DNA from: Eledone cirrhosa
Lineage: Eukaryota
Assembly: GCA_964016885.1 (NCBI GenBank)
Contig: OZ024742.1
Coordinates: 214,210,001-214,274,000, forward strand
Reading direction: 5' to 3'
Length of the DNA: 64,000 nt
In this document: positions 58,013 through 64,000 of the stretch, in pieces
Layout: every line of letters begins with the position of its first letter
Numbering within the stretch: the stretch's first letter is position 1
Notes under the pieces: model-generated
What the model was told of the DNA's origin: nothing
What the model saw: the letters and a program-made list of their open reading frames with translations, nothing else
Databases searched by the model: none
Made by a program: the position numbers and the translations under genes

Positions 58013-58200
58013 TGTATGTATGTATGTATGTATGTATGTATGTATGTATGTATGTATGTATGTATGTATGTATGTATGTATGTATGTGTGTATGTATGTA
58101 TGTATGTATGTATGTATGTATGTGTGTATGTATGTATGTATGTATGTATGTATGTATGTGTGTATGTATGTATGTATGTATGTATGCATGTATGTATGTA
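58013..58200. repeat. (TATG)n microsatellite
   Basis: Direct inspection. One of many (TA)n, (CA)n, (CT)n and (ATCT)n tracts in the window. Confidence 0.95.
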
Positions 58201-58434
58201 AATGATTGGGTCTGCTAATATGTATGCATGTATGTATTTTTATCTGAATGCCTATCTGTATGTTTCTTTATTTTATACTCTGAGAAGCTGTTTTCAGTAT
58301 TTCTGTATTGCTGTCATTTCTCCATGTGAGTTGATTATCACTCTGTCTCTCTTTATATATATATTTCTCTTTTTATGTCCTCCCCCGGCTCTGTGTCCCA
58401 TCCTCTCTCTCTCTCTCTCTCTCTGACACACATA

Positions 58435-58477
<43 letters not shown>

Positions 58478-58536
58478 ACACACGCAAACACACACACAAT
58501 CCATCTATTTCTCATACACACACGCACGCACGCACG

Positions 58537-58682
<146 letters not shown>

Positions 58683-58984
58683 TGTGTTCCGAAGATATTG
58701 TTTTGGTAAAAACAGGAGCAAGCAGGAGAAATCTCTCAACACTCGTAGTTTGTAGTTACGATGGAGATTCAGTGATAACATTAATAAACATGATCAAGTT
58801 ACATAAATCGTTTATTCATTATAATTATTTCAACGGTTCTCCCATGCAATCAAGATGTAATTCATGCATTTATTGTTGTTATGAGGATACCATACTCATT
58901 ACAACAGCATTTTATAATGAAGAAATGATTAAGGTTATTATTATTATAATATTGGAATATTATTATAATATTGGAAACCCTAAG

Positions 58985-59335
58985 GGCGGTGGATTGGCAG
59001 TATCGGTAGAGGGTCGGACGCCATGCTTTCCAGCATAGTTACGTTCCTTTACGATCTGATTTCAAATCCCGCCGAGGTTGACTTTGCCTTTCTTCATTAC
59101 GGGGTCGATAAAATAAAGTACCAGTAATGCACTGGGTATTTGCTGGCCTTGTGCCTAAAGTAGAAACGATTATTATAACATGCTTTCTAGCATAGTTACG
59201 TCCCTTTACAGTCTGAGTTCAAATCCCGCCGAGGTTAACTTAGCCTTTCATCCTTTCGGGCGTCGATAAAATAAAGTACCATTAATGTACTGGGTAATTG
59301 CTGGCCTTGTGCCTAAAGTAGAAACAATTATTATT
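58985..59335 (+). mobile_element. Full-length (~190 bp) plus truncated tRNA-derived SINE
   Basis: A-box-like TGGCAGTATCGGTAG; B-box-like TTCAAATCCC; central GCCTTTCATCCTT.CGGGGTCGATAAAATAAAGTACC; tail CCTTGTGCCTAAAGTAGAAAC + (ATT)n. Confidence 0.88.
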
Positions 59336-59339
59336 ATAA

Positions 59340-62300
59340 CAAAAATAACAGCGGTAAGGTCGAGATCGCCAATAACAATGACAATAACAACAGCCACAAC
59401 AACAATAATAGTAGGAACAGTATCAACAAAAACAACAATAATCACAAGAGCCACAATAACAGTAACAACAGCAACAGTATCAACGAAAACAACAACAATA
59501 ACACCAACAACTGTGCCAACGAAAACATTAACAATGACACCGATACCTGTAACAGCGATCTCAGCACCATCAATAAGACCAGTAGCGGCAGCAATAGTGG
59601 TGCTGCTGAAAAAGGGACCACTTCTTTTGCAGGTGTCGCCCGAAATATCGAGACAGTGTTAGTCACAGAGAAGGAGATGGCAGTCGCAAGGGCCATGGTG
59701 ACAAGAAGCGCCAATAGAGTCTCCCTGAAACCTCCACCCGATTTTTTAAAGGACCAGCAGCAACGGACGGTGACTTAGCGCACCGTAATCAACATCTCAC
59801 ATCGGGTGGAGAGAGCCACGGAGGCTGAAATCCAAAAGGCCTTGGGTGCGTCAGGGCACGCAAAACCCACATCACCTGAGGCAGAAAGTACGCCACAGTA
59901 GACGTACTTTTTGCCACCCCCCAGGAAGCGAAGTCTCACTCTTTGGAAACTCTAAAGAGTGATGAGATAGTCTTGATGCCCTCCTACTTCGGGCAGAAAA
60001 TTGTGAGGGTCAAAGTGACCCAGGTTCCACCCGACGTGCCCATACCTTGGCTGGCCGCGTCTGTGCTTGCTGGAATCGAGGACAGGACGACCATGCTGCA
60101 AGTAGAGAAAATAGGGAGAGAGAACTCGTCAAGTATAGGCTTGTAAATGCGAAACTGACCAGGAGTGTATCGACGCTATCCCCGATATCATAGACCTCGA
60201 GGAAGGACTCCAACTCCCTATAAGCGTAGAAGGAAAGACGGCCAAAATGTTATCATTGTGGGTCGAAGGGTCACCTCAGGGCCTTTTGCCCGCAGAAGAC
60301 AGCGAAGAATAGACCCCTCTCCTGCCAATACCTGGTCGGCTGCTACCAAGATCAGGGCAGGCAACAAATGCAGAAGCACCTTCCACGGTGAGTAGGAGGG
60401 CAAGGTCCGTGGCACCCGTACCAAGCTACAGAAAAGTAAGCAGCATCATCAGCGGCGGAAACACCAATAGCTACATTTGAAGTAGCTACATCAGCAACAA
60501 CATTGCCGTAGAGGGCACCACTACCACCACCAACAGCCGTGGACACATACCCCTCCCAGACGCAACGGAATCCGAGATGGAGTTTGAGGCGGGAGTGAAG
60601 TGGCAAACGGTCTGCCACAAAAAAAAAAAGAAAAAAACCCTTAGATTCACCCTCCAAAACGAAGGCACACAAAGAGGGGTAAAGGCAGCAAGGAGGCTTG
60701 CAGCAATACCACCACCATCACCATCACCACCACAAGCACCACCGCCAACAACAATCACACCACCACCAGCATCACCAAAAACACCAACAACGCAAACAAA
60801 ACAAAACACACACACCAAACAGCAACAAGTTAGAAAACAGCAACAAATCACCCCTCCCCCCAAAAAGTACACAGCCATAAACATGGCAAAAAAGAACGCA
60901 TACGATATATAAAGCAGCACACAGACATCACAGAAAAAAAACTACTACACCCCACCAACACTAAGAACTCTCCCGACAAACATAAGCATCATTGAAATCT
61001 CAATAGAAAAGTACAAATGTTTAAAACAAAAATTCCCCAACGCAGTTGGAGACATCAGAGGGTCGGTTACCGAGAGGATACACACTGACATCGTCTTGGA
61101 AACACCCATGACCAGCCACAGGGACGGTTCTACTGTCCCTTCATCGCACGATCAAGGTAAGTAACCCTTTCTCACTTGCCCCGTTTCTCATCCAACATGG
61201 CCGTACTCAGAATAGGCAGTATAAATGCACGTGGCCTGGGGTCATCTTGGAAGCAGGGTCACCTGCTCAACGACCTCAGGTCCCTAAACATAGATGTGGT
61301 GGCTATCAACGAGACCAGAATCTCCGAAGCACAAGCCTTCGCACCGATCTTTGGCGGCTACGATGTATACGCATTTCCCAGCTGTCCAGGATCGGGGGAG
61401 GGGTTGCCGTCCTTTTTCGGAGAGGCTTGGATCTCGCCATACGGGCCATCTTCCTAGACCCAGAAGATAAGTCGGTGGTGCTGGACGTGACCGGCAGCGA
61501 AGGCAATGCTTTCAGACTAGTAGCCGTCCACGCCCCAACAGGGGCAGGACGGCCAGATTTCTTCAGACGTCTAGAGACCTTTCTTGGAACGTCCCACTCT
61601 TTAGTGTTAGTGGGCGACTGGAACTGGATCTTGGATGCACGCTGGCATTGTGTGGGGCTAGTGGATAGGGGAGGAGGGTGCAAGAGCCTCACCAACTCAG
61701 ACGTTTTGAACTGTCTGACAGGTATCGACTGGATCACCCGAATGTGCCAATGTGGACATGGATAAACCGCATCGAGTCATCCAGATCGTGTCTCGATAGG
61801 GTATTCTGCAGAGAACTAGATAAGGCTAGTATAAGTTGTCCACAATTTAAAATAGTCGACTACACAGACCACAAATTTGTGAGCTGTGAGATCGACATAG
61901 ACAGACTTCATAGACAAGGGCCCGGTTACTGGAAGCTGAACGCGTCTTTCCCGGCGCGCAAAGCCTCAGAGACCGGATTAGCGTATTAGTTAAGCGGGCG
62001 TTGACGGGAGAGGTCGTCAACACAAGGTGGTGGTTCGCCCTCAAAAGGGCAATTAAAGTAGAGTCGATTAGGTTTAGCAAAGGAGTAGTGTTAGAGGAAA
62101 ATATAGTAGAGGGATAGCTAGTCAGAAAGCTAAAAGAGGCGTTTAGGACAGGCATCGCAACCGACGTGCATGCGGCGAGATTGGCACTCGACCAATTCTT
62201 CAACGCAAAACACGAAGGCTGCGTTGTCAGAGCTAGAGTGCGTGCTCTGAAACACAAGGGGTCAAAAGCCGTCCAATGGGCCCGGGTGGCAGAGGCGTGA

Positions 62301-64000
62301 CGTGGCAACAAAGCCACAATTCGGTCTTTGTCTGACCAAAACGGGTGCGTGATGCTCGAACCCGAGCGGATGTGTGAAGCTTTACAGCAGCACTTTGCTG
62401 AACTGTTCGGGAGCAGCGGCGGCCCGGATCGGGGCATGGACTTCAGTGCATACCTCGACGGACTGCCTGGCTCTCATCGACCGCAGCACAGTGTTACGAA
62501 AAGCCAATAACAGCCGGTGAAATACGGGAAACGATGGCTAACTGCTCGAGGGGTAAATCGCCAGGTTTGGATGGTCTGCCCCACGAGTTTTATGCATTTA
62601 TGCCAGACTTGTTCGGTGACCTCTTGGCAGACGTCTACTGCAGCTGGCAGCAGAACGGGAGCATTCCAAGTTTTGTGAGCCGGGGAGCGGTGGCGCTGCT
62701 GAGAAAATACCCGAACAAGGGGGATGTTATCGATAATTTCAGGCCCATAACCCTGCTAAACGTAGAGTTCAAGAGTTTGGCCAAGGTGTTAGCAACGAGG
62801 TTGGCGCTTGTCGTCAAGGCCCTGGTGGGAGAGACGCAGACATGAGCCATTCCTGACAGATCCATACATGACAACCTCCACCTCATGCGATACATCATAG
62901 ATAGGGTGGTTCAGGAACCTGGGACGGGTGGCGCCCTGATCAACTTGGATCAATCCAAAGCATTCGATAGGGTCGACCATCGGTACCTGGCGACGGTCTT
63001 CGAAGCAGCCGGTTTCGGCCCCGTTTTCAGGGGTTGGATCACTGCGATGTACAGCGACATCTGCTCAGTTGTGAGGGTGAAGGGTCATCTGTCGCAGCCG
63101 TTCAGCATCATGCGCTCAGTCCGTCAGGGTTATCCCCTCTCGTCCCTCTGGTACGTATTGGCTCTTGAGCCGTTACTGCACACACTGCGGGCGATGAGGG
63201 GCGTCCCTCGCGAACTAGGATACGGGAAATCCGAGTCAGCTTATGCCGACGACGTCATCGTGGTGGTGTCGAGCACCAGATACGTCCAGATGCTCGGCAC
63301 CGCTCTCAAGGAATACGAAGCGGTGACAGGAGCAAAGTTAAACCAGGAAAAGTCGGTGGGCTTGCAGCTCAGCACCTGGAGAGGCAAGTCCATGCCGTCC
63401 GATAGCGTTGTGGGGCGTTGGACGGACGGACCGGTTAAATTGCTCGGGGTCTGGTTCGGACCGGACCTCCAGATGGAGAAAAACTGGAACGAGGTTACGA
63501 GCAAGGTGGCCTCCCTCACACAGAATAGGGCCGAGAGGAAGCTGTCCCTGAAAGGCCGGGCGGAGGTGGCGAATGCGTACGTCGCATCCGTCATCTGCTA
63601 CCGCCACACCGTCGTCCCTTACGTGGACTGGGCATGCCATGGCTGATGATGCGCAAACATGCGCTGAGGCTGCGACATCTCTGGTGCTTCTTTGACGGTG
63701 AACAGGTGTGGTTGCCGTTCGCCAGGCACGTTTTCCCACAGCTCATCTCCTTGACGGAGCTGCAGTCCTGGGTCAGATAAAGACCGAGGGATAGCGCTTG
63801 GAAACTGGAATGTCTCCAGGCCCTTACTGCCCTCTGCCAGCTGGGCACCAGTATCAGTGGAACATCCACCTCGGCGTTCTATAGAGGACTAGTGGAGGGG
63901 GAAGACGACGACGTTCTCGGAGAGATCCTGGGCTTCGAAGAGCTGTTTGCTCGCTCCCGGAGAACTTTCAGCCCAGGGCCTATGGATAACTTCCAAAAAT
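59340..64000 (+). mobile_element. L1/Tx1-type LINE copy 5 (runs off window)
   Basis: ORF1 remnant with CYHCGSKGHLRAFC knuckle near 60250. ORF2 from ATG 61197 with APE and RT motifs (SPGLDGL, NFRPITL, KAFDRVDH, RQGYPLS, YADD). Disrupted. Confidence 0.9.

Noticed and set aside
58985-59075. tRNA gene
   Set aside because: tRNA-like A/B boxes are the head of a multi-copy SINE; no complete cloverleaf.

Overview
AT-rich, microsatellite-dense eukaryotic DNA with no recognisable host gene. The repeat style suggests an invertebrate, probably an octopus-like cephalopod (inference). The window is a retroelement graveyard: five decayed L1/Tx1-type LINEs (four head-to-tail at (ATCT)n tracts), a Penelope-like element (PLE), an R4/Dong-type RLE element plus fragments, RTE fragments, about 12 copies of a tRNA-derived SINE, a Tc1/mariner relic and a satellite built from a tiny TIR element. 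The main find is a set of non-coding elements inserted in (TA)n that carry type I hammerhead ribozyme (HHR) motifs. Two are young tandem arrays with one intact minimal HHR per monomer (310 nt at 191-1290; 465 nt at 53040-54036) and a PLE-style 5' inversion, so they are retrozyme-like candidates for circular RNA production. Several truncated or decayed relatives also occur. A second signal is a conserved splice donor just upstream of ORF2 and an acceptor-like site at the ORF2 stop in the Tx1-like LINEs. Most listed ORFs are microsatellite or antisense artefacts. All coordinates were read by eye.
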